Positions 31,125 to 40,798 of a stretch of DNA of 64,000 bases are shown here, in pieces. A program made the position numbers and the translations under genes. The notes under the pieces were generated by a model. The model did no database searches, was not told the origin of the DNA, and saw only the letters and a program-made list of their open reading frames with translations. Source of the DNA: Bacteroidia bacterium (GTDB lineage: Bacteria; Bacteroidota; Bacteroidia; UBA4408); NCBI GenBank assembly GCA_020845635.1, contig JADLFI010000034.1, positions 18,863 through 82,862 on the forward strand, in the 5' to 3' direction. The first letter of the stretch is position 1, and each line of letters opens with the position of its first letter.

Positions 31125-32038
31125 TCATGAAAATGTTTAATGATAAACAATGGCCTATTTTGTACTTCCTTATATATTCGATAAATGTATTCGCCCAATA
31201 AACCTAAAAACATGATTTGCAGTGAACTAAAGAAGAAAATAAAGAATAGGGTTGATGACCAGCCAAAGGGGGCAACACCCATAAGCTTGCTGAGAATTAC
31301 ATAAATAACTCCCACTAGGGAAATGAATAAGCCTACAAACCCAATGAATAACATAGTTCGGAGGGGTAAGTTGGAAAAACTGAATAATGCATCTAAAGCT
31401 AATGATATTAGCTTGGAAATACTCATTTTTGTGGAACCGGCAATTCTCTCATCACGGTCAAATAAAATATAATCTTGACTAAAACCCGCATGGAATCTTA
31501 TACCAGGCAGGTAACGATTCTTTTCAGAGTATATTAGAATAGCGTCTTTAACATAATCTCTGAATATAGAAAAATTTCCAACATTTTCAATAGAACTTCC
31601 TCTGGTAATTTTACTAAAAATTTTATGAAACATTTTCATTAAGAACCGCCTTAGCATTTTTTCCTTTCTTGATTTTCTTTTGGCATAAATAATGTCTGTA
31701 TTTTCGTTAGAAATTAGTTTTTTGTACATTACTTCTATTAATTCCGGAGGGTCTTGTAAATCTCCGTCCATCATGGCAACAAATTTTCCTTTAGCTACTG
31801 TTAAACCTGCGGTATAAGCTGCCTGATGGCCATAGTTTCTTGAAAGCTGTACAATTTTTATTCTATCATCTTGTTTGCGATGTTTTAATAATTTAATTAT
31901 AGAATTGTCGCTGCTGCCATCATCCACAATAATAATTTCAAAATCATTGCCAAAACTCTTCAAGGCCTTTAATGTCCTGTTTATTAATTCATCTATTAAT
32001 ACCTCTTCGTTATATATGGGAATAACTAAACTAATCAT
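31121..32038 (-). CDS. GT2 polyprenyl-phosphate glycosyltransferase (GtrB/ArnC/DPM1-like) with a C-terminal TM anchor
   Basis: The protein has the LVIPIYNEE, VDDGSSD and MDGDLQDPP motifs and two C-terminal TM helices. Confidence 0.8.
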   Translation of the reverse strand: MISLVIPIYNEEVLIDELINRTLKALKSFGNDFEIIIVDDGSSDNSIIKLLKHRKQDDRIKIVQLSRNYGHQAAYTAGLTVAKGKFVAMMDGDLQDPPELIEVMYKKLISNENTDIIYAKRKSRKEKMLRRFLMKMFHKIFSKITRGSSIENVGNFSIFRDYVKDAILIYSEKNRYLPGIRFHAGFSQDYILFDRDERIAGSTKMSISKLISLALDALFSFSNLPLRTMLFIGFVGLFISLVGVIYVILSKLMGVAPFGWSSTLFFIFFFSSLQIMFLGLLGEYIYRIYKEVQNRPLFIIKHFHE

Positions 32039-32192
32039 GCTTAATAAGGTTATTGTATCGTCCTAAAAATAGTTTACCGGTTAATGCTTATATTCTATGA
32101 CAAACTTACACATTAAATTTAATCCTGCAAGGTCAAGTTGTGAAAAAGCTTGAAATTTGATTTATTATTTATGTCAAATAGTTTTTTCATTA

Positions 32193-33181
32193 TCAAGCTG
32201 CAAATTTCCGGGTATTCACATAGAGAATACCGAGGTTGATTACCGCAAATACACGGCCCAATATCTTATTACGAATGTTGTATAGTATCAACATTTTTGG
32301 TTTGCCCTCGCTTACATTTCTATCATAATGTTGTTTGAGTTCATAATCCCAGGCTTTTGCATTCAGTTCACACATATTTAGCAATGATTTCAGTGCCTTA
32401 TCTGCCAGATGACTTACCTTTTTCCTGCCTCTGATTGAACTCCCACTACTGTTTTCAATAGGAGCCACACCCACATAACAAGCCAACTGCCGACTGTTGT
32501 CAAAGCTGCTGAAACCACGGATGACAAGTAACAGATAAATCGAAGTCTGTGGATCTTTGCCCGGAATGTTCTGAATCAGCTTGTCTTTCTCTTTTAAATC
32601 TTCATTTTGAGCAAGTAAATCCTGTATCTTTTTATCAATTCTCTTCATGTTTTCGTTGGGCTTTATAATGGTCGAAGCATGGATTATCAACATATCGCTC
32701 AAGATTTTCTTAGGAAGAAAATCAATATTCTCTGTACCCCTTTCAATCATCTTTATAATTTTAACCAGCTTCTTTCTTTCGGTGTGAAGCTGTTTTATTT
32801 CATGCAATGTCTCATCGAGGATGCTGCCTAACTTCAATTTTAGTAAATTTGTCAAAGAGTACAATGCAATATACTTTGAATCCGCTTTGTCGCGGCTAAT
32901 TCCTTTGCTACGCTTGATTTCAATAGCCGGAATCATCCAGTATTTCAATTCGCTTTTGGATAAGAAGTAACTCAAAGGCATAGAATAAACTCCTGTATCC
33001 TCAAAAGGAAACAGTGCACGACTTAAATCAATTTAAAGCTTCTTTAATCAATTCAGCAGTTCTTCCAAATCATTTGTAGTATTGACTACCACCAAGGGTC
33101 TGTTGTCATTGGTTACTGAAGGATGCACCAGAATCGCATTCAGCTTCGATTTTGATACATCAATTCCGATAAATAATTCAT
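32193..33181 (-). mobile_element. IS110-family transposase gene remnant (pseudogene) with one frameshift after the ATG and two in-frame stops
   Basis: The C-terminal 262 aa ORF carries the Transposase_20 signature (IPGKDPQTSIYLLLVIRGF...LACYVGVAPIENSSGSSIRGRK). Upstream, the sequence reads atg aat tat then a frameshifted FIGIDVSKSKLNAILV (the DEDD N-terminus). This is followed by TGA at 33048-33050 and a nearby TAA. The expected MEATG motif is degraded to FEDTG. Confidence 0.65.
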
Positions 33182-33291
33182 ATCTTTGTTCTTTTTGAAA
33201 ACAATGAAGATGATTTTCTTTAAAGCCTTTGGTAGTTCTAAGAAACTATCACTCTATTTGAAGCCGATCAACAAAGAAAGGAAGAAGACTA

Positions 33292-33822
33292 ATGCGTTCG
33301 AAAGACCTAAAAAGTCTTGCCAAGCCCGTAGTTCACTTCTGCTTTCCTTTTGAATTTTTCATATCATTGTTTGATTATAAATTTAATGAAAACAAAGTAA
33401 AGGCTCTCTTTATTATGCCTTCAATAATAATGAAAACAAACCGAAACAATTTGGAAATAGTTGCACAAGAAAAATTATTACCAACGGTAAAAGAGTTTTT
33501 TCAAATGTCAATAACATCTTCTTTAACTGTTTTTGCATGGATATTTTTTAGAGCAGAAAGTATGACTTACTCTGTTTCATATATTTCTGGAGTATTCTCA
33601 AAATCACTTTTTAGCTTTCCAACGATCAGACCTTACTATTTCATTTTACTCATTACTTTATTTATTTTGGTGGAATGGTTAGGAAGACAGGAACAATGCG
33701 CATTTTCAAAATTCATCTTGAAATGGAGAGCACCTTTTAGATATGCTTTCTATTATTTATTTAATAATAATTTTTATATATTGGTTTGTCGGAAAAGAGC
33801 AACAATTTATTTTCAATTTTAA
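33292..33822 (+). pseudogene. 3' stub of an MBOAT-family membrane O-acyltransferase (AlgI/DltB-like); the N-terminal ~350 aa are missing
   Basis: Only a C-terminal-like segment (...LTVFAWIFFRAESM...) with 2-3 TM helices is present. There is no room for the N-terminal domain because the IS110 remnant abuts it. Confidence 0.4.
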
Positions 33823-33825
33823 GTT

Positions 33826-34827
33826 ATGAAACAGTTCATTACTAAATTAACCTACTTTTCATTAATCGGAATTATCGCAATACTATTAATATTTGCATCT
33901 TACTTGTATTTTGACCCTTTTAAGGTTTTAAGACACTACGATGATTATTCTTATCCTTATGTAATACCCAACAGGGATTACATAAGTACATCTATGTTCA
34001 TTAATAATTACAAAAAGAACAACTATAATTCATTTGTTTTTGGTAGCTCTCGGACATTAGCATTTAAACCAAATTCATGGCGTAAATTTCTGTCTGTTAA
34101 AGATAGCCCTTTTATGTTTGATGCTTCTGGAGAATCAATTTATGGAATATATACAAAGCTCAAATATCTTGATTCAATGAATGTTGAAATAAAGAATGCC
34201 TTAATCATTCTCTGTAGAGATTTCTCGTTTCTTCAAACCGGAAACCATACAGGACATTTATTTGTAAAGCATCCTGCTACTTCAGGAGAAAATAATCTAT
34301 TATTTCAGTTTGAATTTTTTAAAGCTTATACAAGCCTAAAATTTCTATTCAATTTCTATAGCTATAAGATTTTAGGTAATTACAAACCGTTTATGTCAGG
34401 TTATATAGAAAATCGTAAGATTACTTATGACACACTAACAAATGAATTTACTATCATCGACCAAGAAACTGAATTAACTCAAAATCCAACTGAATATTAT
34501 TCGAAGCGTAAGGAATTATTTTATGCAAGAATGGGCGAAAAAACAGATTCTATTCAGCGGATTAATAAAAAACAGATATTTATGCTAAAAGAGATAAAGC
34601 GAATATTAGAAAAAAACAACACCAATTATAAAGTAGTATTAAGTCCTCTTTACGAACAAATTAAGTTTAATCCTACAGACCTTAATATACTAAAAAATGA
34701 ATTTGGAAATGACTTATATGATTTTTCTGGCAAGAATTCATTTACTGATAATATAACTAACTATTATGAAATAAGCCATTTTAGACCAAATGTCGGAGAT
34801 AGCATTTTAAAAATAATATACAAATAA
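33826..34827 (+). CDS. Membrane-anchored periplasmic protein, possibly a DltD/AlgJ-like SGNH-type partner of the MBOAT
   Basis: There is an N-terminal TM anchor. The FVFGSSRTLAF block resembles the DltD GSSE(L) block I. The gene starts 4 nt after the MBOAT stub. Confidence 0.3.
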   Translation: MKQFITKLTYFSLIGIIAILLIFASYLYFDPFKVLRHYDDYSYPYVIPNRDYISTSMFINNYKKNNYNSFVFGSSRTLAFKPNSWRKFLSVKDSPFMFDASGESIYGIYTKLKYLDSMNVEIKNALIILCRDFSFLQTGNHTGHLFVKHPATSGENNLLFQFEFFKAYTSLKFLFNFYSYKILGNYKPFMSGYIENRKITYDTLTNEFTIIDQETELTQNPTEYYSKRKELFYARMGEKTDSIQRINKKQIFMLKEIKRILEKNNTNYKVVLSPLYEQIKFNPTDLNILKNEFGNDLYDFSGKNSFTDNITNYYEISHFRPNVGDSILKIIYK

Positions 34828-35302
34828 ATCAAATGGCGGTAACAAAGTCTATATACAATAAGAGGTTCAGTGATTATTCAAGTATTCTACCATGCTCAAA
34901 CTACTAAGCAGTTTGGCAAGATAGTAGCACATATTCCCTTACGTCACATAGCTGCAAACCGACAGGTTGTGAAAAAACAAGAAATCTGATATATTATTTC
35001 AGAAATTGATTTGTAAAAAACTTTTACAAGCGTTTAGCTGCGTTTTAAAGAAGGCGGTTTTTTTTGCCGCCATTTTTATTTCAAAAAATAATGTTCGTAT
35101 AAGAGCAACTATTTTGTACTTTAGTTGAAGGTAGAGCTACTCCTTTCATGCATTCAGTTTTTGCATCAGTTCTTCAAAACCGAGCATATTTATGCTTTGT
35201 TTCATGTTATACTAACATGATCAGACTCCACTTCCCACAATCGGCATTTTTTAGATTTTATAAAATACCATGAGCGCTTTTATATATAATATTTACTAAT
35301 GA

Positions 35303-37354
35303 TTAATCTTGATTTCGTTTTTTTACCATAGTTAAAATAGTGGCAATAGCAACGGTTTCTCCTGTTTCATCATAAACATCAACCAGCCATTTTACTATTC
35401 CTTTGGCTATATCCTCCGGACTTTTCTTTTCCTGATCTACTTTTTCTTTACATGTAAACCTTACACCAATAGTTGACCCCGGATATACAGGCTTTACAAA
35501 ACGACATTCTTCCAATCCGTAGTTTAATAAAACAGGACCTTTTTTGGCATCAACAAATAATCCTGCAGCTTTACTTAAAACAAAATATCCATGAGCTACG
35601 CGACCTGTAAATATTGTACCATCTAATGATGTAGCATCCATGTGAGCATAAAAATTATCACCACTTACATTGGCAAAATTTACTATATCAGCCTCGCTTA
35701 CCGTATGTTTGGCGGTAATTAATGTTTCGCCTACTTCCAGTTCTTCAAAATAGCGCTTAAAGGGATGAATGTCTTTTTCAATATACTTGGCTCCGTACTG
35801 GTATTGTCCCATAATTTTGGTGAGGGTAGTGGGTGAACCTTGAATAGCTGTTCTTTGTAAATAATGAAATACTCCGCGTTTTCCTCCCATTTCTTCTCCA
35901 CCACCGGCTCTGCCAGGACCTCCATGAGTAAGCATAGGCATAGGTGAACCATGTCCGGTGCTTTCTTTTGCGCAATCGTTATTTAAAACTAAAATACGTC
36001 CATGCATGCAAGCTGCTCCAATTGTAAAATTACGTGCTTCAATATCGTTGGCAGTTACTATAGAACATACTAATGAGCCTTTACCCATTTTAGCCAATTC
36101 AACTGCTTCTTCGGTTGTTTTGTAGGGCATAAGCGTACTTACCGGACCAAAAGCTTCTATATTATGGCAGTCTTGATATTTAAACGGATTAGAATTGAGG
36201 AATAAGATAGGTGACATAAATGCACCTTTTTCTTTATCGGCTCCTTTTATTTCAAAATCTTTATTGCCAAATATTACTTGTTGGTTTTTTGACAACAAGG
36301 CAATTTTTTCTTGAACTTCTTTTAGTTGTTCTTTCCCCGCTAATGCCCCCATTCTTACTCCTTCTATGTTAGGGTCGCCAATTACGGTTTGTGCCAAACG
36401 TTTTCCAAGGGCTATCTGAACGTCTTCAATCAAATTTTCGGGAACAATAATTCTTCTTACAGCGGTGCATTTTTGCCCTGCTTTAACAGTCATTTCTTTT
36501 TGAATTTCTTTTATGAAAATATCAAATTCAGGGGTTCCCGGAACAGCCTCCTTGCCAAGCACACAACAATTTAGTGAATCAGCCTCCATATTGAACGGAA
36601 CGGCTTCTTCTATTAATCGAGGATGTGCTTTTAATTTTTTTCCGGTACTTGCCGAACCCGTAAAAGTTACCACATCCTGATTAGTAACATAATCTAAAAT
36701 ACCACTGGCACTTCCGCAAATAAGTTGCAATGAACCTTCAGGGATAATTCCTGAAGCTACTATTTCTTTTACTACTGCTTCGGTAAGAAAAGAAGTAAGT
36801 GTGGCCGGCTTTACAATGGCAGGCATTCCGGCAAAGAGATTAACGGCTATTTTTTCAAGCATACCCCATACCGGGAAGTTAAATGCATTGATATGTATAG
36901 CCACCCCTTCTTTGGGCACACATATATGATGACCTATGAAAGTACCTCCTTTACTGAGTTTTGCAACATCGCCCTCATAACAAAATGTTTCATCGGGAAA
37001 TTGTCTTCTGAGGCTTGCATAAGTAAATAAATTTCCAATACCGCCTTCAATATCAATCCAACTGTCTATTCTTGTTGCACCTGTTGCCCAACTTATTTTA
37101 TAAAAGAGCTCTTTTTTTGTTTGTAAATGCAGGGCTAAAGCTTTTAACATTCGGCCTCTTTCTTGAAAAGTCATTTTACGCAAAGCCGGTCCGCCAACGG
37201 TTCGTGCATAATTCATCATTTGTTCAAAATCAAGCCCCTTACTACTGGCATACGCAACGGTATCACCATTAATGGCATTGTATAAGGTTTGTCCTTGATC
37301 GCTTCCGGCAATCCATTTACCTAAGGCATAATTTTTTAATTGTAAATCGTTCAT
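35303..37354 (-). CDS. paaZ: Bifunctional aldehyde dehydrogenase / MaoC-like hydratase (oxepin-CoA hydrolase / 3-oxo-5,6-dehydrosuberyl-CoA semialdehyde dehydrogenase)
   Basis: The 683 aa protein has an N-terminal ALDH domain (GVAIHINAFNFPVWGMLEKIA...GMPAIVKPAT, catalytic GQKCTA) and a C-terminal hot-dog MaoC domain. It is strongly colinear with enterobacterial PaaZ, judged from memory. Confidence 0.8.
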   Translation of the reverse strand: MNDLQLKNYALGKWIAGSDQGQTLYNAINGDTVAYASSKGLDFEQMMNYARTVGGPALRKMTFQERGRMLKALALHLQTKKELFYKISWATGATRIDSWIDIEGGIGNLFTYASLRRQFPDETFCYEGDVAKLSKGGTFIGHHICVPKEGVAIHINAFNFPVWGMLEKIAVNLFAGMPAIVKPATLTSFLTEAVVKEIVASGIIPEGSLQLICGSASGILDYVTNQDVVTFTGSASTGKKLKAHPRLIEEAVPFNMEADSLNCCVLGKEAVPGTPEFDIFIKEIQKEMTVKAGQKCTAVRRIIVPENLIEDVQIALGKRLAQTVIGDPNIEGVRMGALAGKEQLKEVQEKIALLSKNQQVIFGNKDFEIKGADKEKGAFMSPILFLNSNPFKYQDCHNIEAFGPVSTLMPYKTTEEAVELAKMGKGSLVCSIVTANDIEARNFTIGAACMHGRILVLNNDCAKESTGHGSPMPMLTHGGPGRAGGGEEMGGKRGVFHYLQRTAIQGSPTTLTKIMGQYQYGAKYIEKDIHPFKRYFEELEVGETLITAKHTVSEADIVNFANVSGDNFYAHMDATSLDGTIFTGRVAHGYFVLSKAAGLFVDAKKGPVLLNYGLEECRFVKPVYPGSTIGVRFTCKEKVDQEKKSPEDIAKGIVKWLVDVYDETGETVAIATILTMVKKRNQD

Positions 37355-37608
37355 ATATATAAATTGATAGAATTTTTCAAAAGCTAAACTACAAAGTTAT
37401 TTATTTTTATCAGCTACTCAAAGAGTTGATTTTATAGTTACTAAAAATATTGAAAATGACTCACCTGCAATAATCATTTACATTATTACACCTCAAACTG
37501 TATTATATGAAGTAAAAATTGAATTTTTGATAAATTATTTTTGATGATAAGTGTAGTTTATTAGATTTATTATTGTAATATTATGCAAATTTTTAAAAGA
37601 TAATTACA

Positions 37609-37794
37609 TTGAATAACAAAAAGAATCTCCACTTGGTTTTTATTTTTGCAGTATTATGCATTACTCTATTCTCATGTAAGTCTATGCATAATGGAACCCG
37701 AGGATGTCCCAGCTATAGTATTAACAAATCGCAGCCACAGCATAACTATTGCACAATTAGTAGGGATATATCAACAAGTTTTTTGAATTACTAG
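37609..37794 (+). CDS. Candidate small lipoprotein (61 aa)
   Basis: There is a signal peptide with a lipobox-like LFSC. The gene is followed by a hairpin terminator. No other support. Confidence 0.2.
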   Translation: MNNKKNLHLVFIFAVLCITLFSCKSMHNGTRGCPSYSINKSQPQHNYCTISRDISTSFLNY

Positions 37795-37830
37795 TTTCAA
37801 AACTATTTAAATAGTTTATGTGTATAAACA

Positions 37831-37866
37831 AAAAAAGAAAGCCTCAAAATACATGGGGCTTTCTTC
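37831..37866 (-). terminator. Rho-independent terminator of the kor operon (minus strand); also reads as a hairpin on the plus strand
   Basis: Minus-strand sequence: agaaagcccc-atgtatttt-gaggctttc followed by tttttt. It lies 27 nt downstream of the korB stop. Confidence 0.6.
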
Positions 37867-37892
37867 TTGTTTATATGGAGTGTAACTATCTA

Positions 37893-38945
37893 TTACCTGA
37901 AAGAGTTATTTATACTATTTAAGGCCTCTGCAGAAGGGCACAAATCAGTTTCATTTAGCGTGTTTAAAGGCTGTGAAACCGTATTTAAAGTATGGTGCAA
38001 GTCTTCGGTTTGGCTATTCAAATACAATAAGCCCGTCAAAATTTCGTTGCGGTTTCGCGCTTCATGTATGGCATTCATGGCCGATTGTCTGCTTTGAGGA
38101 TCCCAACTGTTTTCGAGTTTGTGTAGTTGAATATAGCTGCCATCGTGCATGGTTACTCGTTTAGAACTTCCTTCATTGTAGGAAGTTCTAATTTCTGCAG
38201 CAGGAGGAACATAATCTATAGTGGCAGTTGCATCTACATGTTGTCTCACATAATCGTAGCTTTTAGTGGAACCTACGTTGTTGTTAAAAGTAACACAAGG
38301 AGAAATAACATTAATAAACGCAAAACCTTTATGATTAATAGCCGCTTTAATTAAAGGAATTAATTGTGTTTTATCGCCCGAAAAACTTTGAGCTACAAAG
38401 TCTGCCCCTAATTCAAGTGCCAAAGCAGCCATATCAATAGCTTCAAAACGATTATTGCTACCTGCTTTGCTGATAGAGCCTTTATCGGCAGTAGCCGAAT
38501 CTTGCCCTTTGGTTAATCCGTAACAACCATTGTTCATTACAATGTAAATCATTCTTAAATTTCTTCTAACGGCATGTACAAATTGCCCCATTCCTATTGA
38601 TGCAGAGTCGCCATCGCCCGACATACCAAAATATATCAGTTCTTTATTGGCCAAATTAGCACCTGTAGCCACTGAAGGCATACGACCATGAACCGAGTTA
38701 AACCCATGAGAGTTACTTAAAAAATAAGTAGGAGTTTTGGAGGAGCAACCTATACCTGATAATTTGGCTACGCGATGAGGCTCAATATTCATTTCATAAC
38801 AAGCTTGTACTACGGCTGCGCTTATGGAATCGTGTCCGCACCCGGCACAAAGGGTAGATAGTGCCCCCTCGTAATAATTGATAGTATAGCCTAATTTGTT
38901 CTTCTCTAATTCAGGGTGTCTGAATTTTGGACGTAAATAAGTCAT
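37893..38945 (-). CDS. korB: 2-oxoacid (2-oxoglutarate):ferredoxin oxidoreductase beta subunit (TPP-binding)
   Basis: The motif GCGHDSISAAVVQACYE and a TPP-binding region are present. The gene is downstream of korA. Confidence 0.8.
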   Translation of the reverse strand: MTYLRPKFRHPELEKNKLGYTINYYEGALSTLCAGCGHDSISAAVVQACYEMNIEPHRVAKLSGIGCSSKTPTYFLSNSHGFNSVHGRMPSVATGANLANKELIYFGMSGDGDSASIGMGQFVHAVRRNLRMIYIVMNNGCYGLTKGQDSATADKGSISKAGSNNRFEAIDMAALALELGADFVAQSFSGDKTQLIPLIKAAINHKGFAFINVISPCVTFNNNVGSTKSYDYVRQHVDATATIDYVPPAAEIRTSYNEGSSKRVTMHDGSYIQLHKLENSWDPQSRQSAMNAIHEARNRNEILTGLLYLNSQTEDLHHTLNTVSQPLNTLNETDLCPSAEALNSINNSFR

Positions 38946-38971
38946 AGTTTATGATGAATATGAATGATAAT

Positions 38972-40795
38972 TTAATTTAATTGGGATAATTCTTTTTTTA
39001 ATACTTTATCTACTTCTGATATTACTTTTTCGGCAGTTAAAGGCATACCATCAAAATTTAAGATAGAAACTAATTTTTGAGGAACTATATTCATTTCTAT
39101 CAACATTAAGCTTCTTAATTGAGCATCGCGATTTTGCTCAACAACAAATACCTGTTCATGGCTATTAATAAAATCATGTACTTGTTGGCTAAAAGGAAAA
39201 GATAGCAAACGCATAGCATCAAGCATCACACCCTGGTTATTCATAATATCTATGGCTTCTTCGCAGGCATAGCGAGATGTTCCAAAAAAGATAATTCCGA
39301 ATTTGCTTTTATTTTCTTTTTGGTAGAAGTGTGGTGCGGGAACCATATTTTTTGCGGTTTCCCACTTTTTAGATAGTCTTCGCATATTTCTTTCGTAGGC
39401 TGCCCCATCTTCGGTATAAACTGCATACTCATCACGCGAGGTTCCTCGAGTAAAGTATGAGCCTTTGGTTGGATGCGTTCCAGGATAGGTTCTATAAGTA
39501 ATGCCATCATTGTCAACATCTAAATAACGGCCAAATCGTTCAATTTTCTCTAAATCTTCGGCATGAAGCACTTTCCCGCGCTTAAATTTTCTTGAATTAT
39601 CCCAGTTAAAAGGCTCACAAATGTGGTCATTCATCCCCAAATCTAAATCGGTAAGCAATATTACCGGGGTTTGTAATTGTTCTGCCAAATCAAATGATTC
39701 GGCAGTTAAGTCAAAACATTCGGTAGGGGTTGATGGAAATAATAATATGTGTTTAGTGTCGCCATGTGAGGCATAAGCTGCTTCCAAAACATCACTCTGT
39801 TGGGTTCTGGTAGGCATTCCGGTAGAAGGGCCTGTACGTTGTACATCAATTAGTACAGCAGGTATTTCGGCAAAGTAGGCCAAACCTAAAAATTCATTCA
39901 TTAATGATAAACCCGGTCCGCTGGTGGCTGTAAACGATCGTGCACCGTTCCAGTTGGCACCTATAACCATACCTATGGCCGCTAATTCATCTTCGGCTTG
40001 TACTATAGCTACTTTATTTTCACCGCTCTCTTTAACTTTTCTCAGCTTTGATGAGTACTCTTCAAAGGCTTCAATAACCGAAGTTGATGGTGTAATTGGA
40101 TACCATGATACAACTGTAGCTCCTGCATATACCGCACCAATACCACAAGCGGTATTTCCGTCAACCATAATTTTATTGCCTATTAAATTTCTTCTTTCCA
40201 AACGTAGAGGTAGAGGGTAATTATAGTTTTCCTTAATATAATCTGCTCCTAAATTAAGGGCTTTAATATTAAATGGAATTAACTTTTCTTTACCTTTAAA
40301 TTGTTCGGCCAATAAATCTTCAAAAACATTAAATTCAATTGACAGTAATACAGATAATGCACCTACATAGGCAATGTTTTTAAATAACTGTTGCTGTCGA
40401 GCATCGGTAAATGCTTCATTACACAATTTAGTTAAAGGTATGCCTATATAATGTATATCTTCTCTAATAAATTGTTGGTAAAGCATCTTGGTATTATCGT
40501 ATAAGAAATATCCGCCACTACGCACTGATTTAACATCATTAGCCATGCTTTGGGGATTTACACAAACTACAATATCAATACCATCACGTCTGGCCAAATA
40601 TCCTTTTTCGCTAACCCTTACTTCGTACCAGGTAGGTAAACCTTGAATGTTAGACGGAAAGATATTTTTTGGGCTTACGGGAATGCCCATTCTATAAATA
40701 GCTTTTGTAAACAAAAAATTTGCACTGGCGGAGCCTGTACCGTTTACATTAGCAAATCGAATTACAAAATCGTTAATTTTTGGTGTTTCTGTCAT
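38972..40795 (-). CDS. korA: 2-oxoacid:ferredoxin oxidoreductase alpha subunit (fused gamma-alpha type)
   Basis: The protein is 607 aa. The N-terminal gamma-like domain is fused to the alpha subunit core. The gene is 3 nt from the upstream gltD-like gene and 26 nt from korB. Confidence 0.8.
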   Translation of the reverse strand: MTETPKINDFVIRFANVNGTGSASANFLFTKAIYRMGIPVSPKNIFPSNIQGLPTWYEVRVSEKGYLARRDGIDIVVCVNPQSMANDVKSVRSGGYFLYDNTKMLYQQFIREDIHYIGIPLTKLCNEAFTDARQQQLFKNIAYVGALSVLLSIEFNVFEDLLAEQFKGKEKLIPFNIKALNLGADYIKENYNYPLPLRLERRNLIGNKIMVDGNTACGIGAVYAGATVVSWYPITPSTSVIEAFEEYSSKLRKVKESGENKVAIVQAEDELAAIGMVIGANWNGARSFTATSGPGLSLMNEFLGLAYFAEIPAVLIDVQRTGPSTGMPTRTQQSDVLEAAYASHGDTKHILLFPSTPTECFDLTAESFDLAEQLQTPVILLTDLDLGMNDHICEPFNWDNSRKFKRGKVLHAEDLEKIERFGRYLDVDNDGITYRTYPGTHPTKGSYFTRGTSRDEYAVYTEDGAAYERNMRRLSKKWETAKNMVPAPHFYQKENKSKFGIIFFGTSRYACEEAIDIMNNQGVMLDAMRLLSFPFSQQVHDFINSHEQVFVVEQNRDAQLRSLMLIEMNIVPQKLVSILNFDGMPLTAEKVISEVDKVLKKELSQLN

Positions 40796-40798
40796 ATA

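Noticed and set aside
32981-33181. Programmed -1 ribosomal frameshift as an explanation for the IS110 transposase N-terminus
   Set aside because: IS110-family transposases are not known to use programmed frameshifting. Two in-frame stops and degradation of the catalytic MEATG motif also occur downstream, so decay (or a homopolymer sequencing error plus decay) is more likely.
37973-38354. Plus-strand ORFs 37973-38164 and 38127-38354 overlapping korB
   Set aside because: They are antisense to a well-supported korB. Cys/Phe-rich nonsense translations are typical of the reverse frame of an AT-rich gene.
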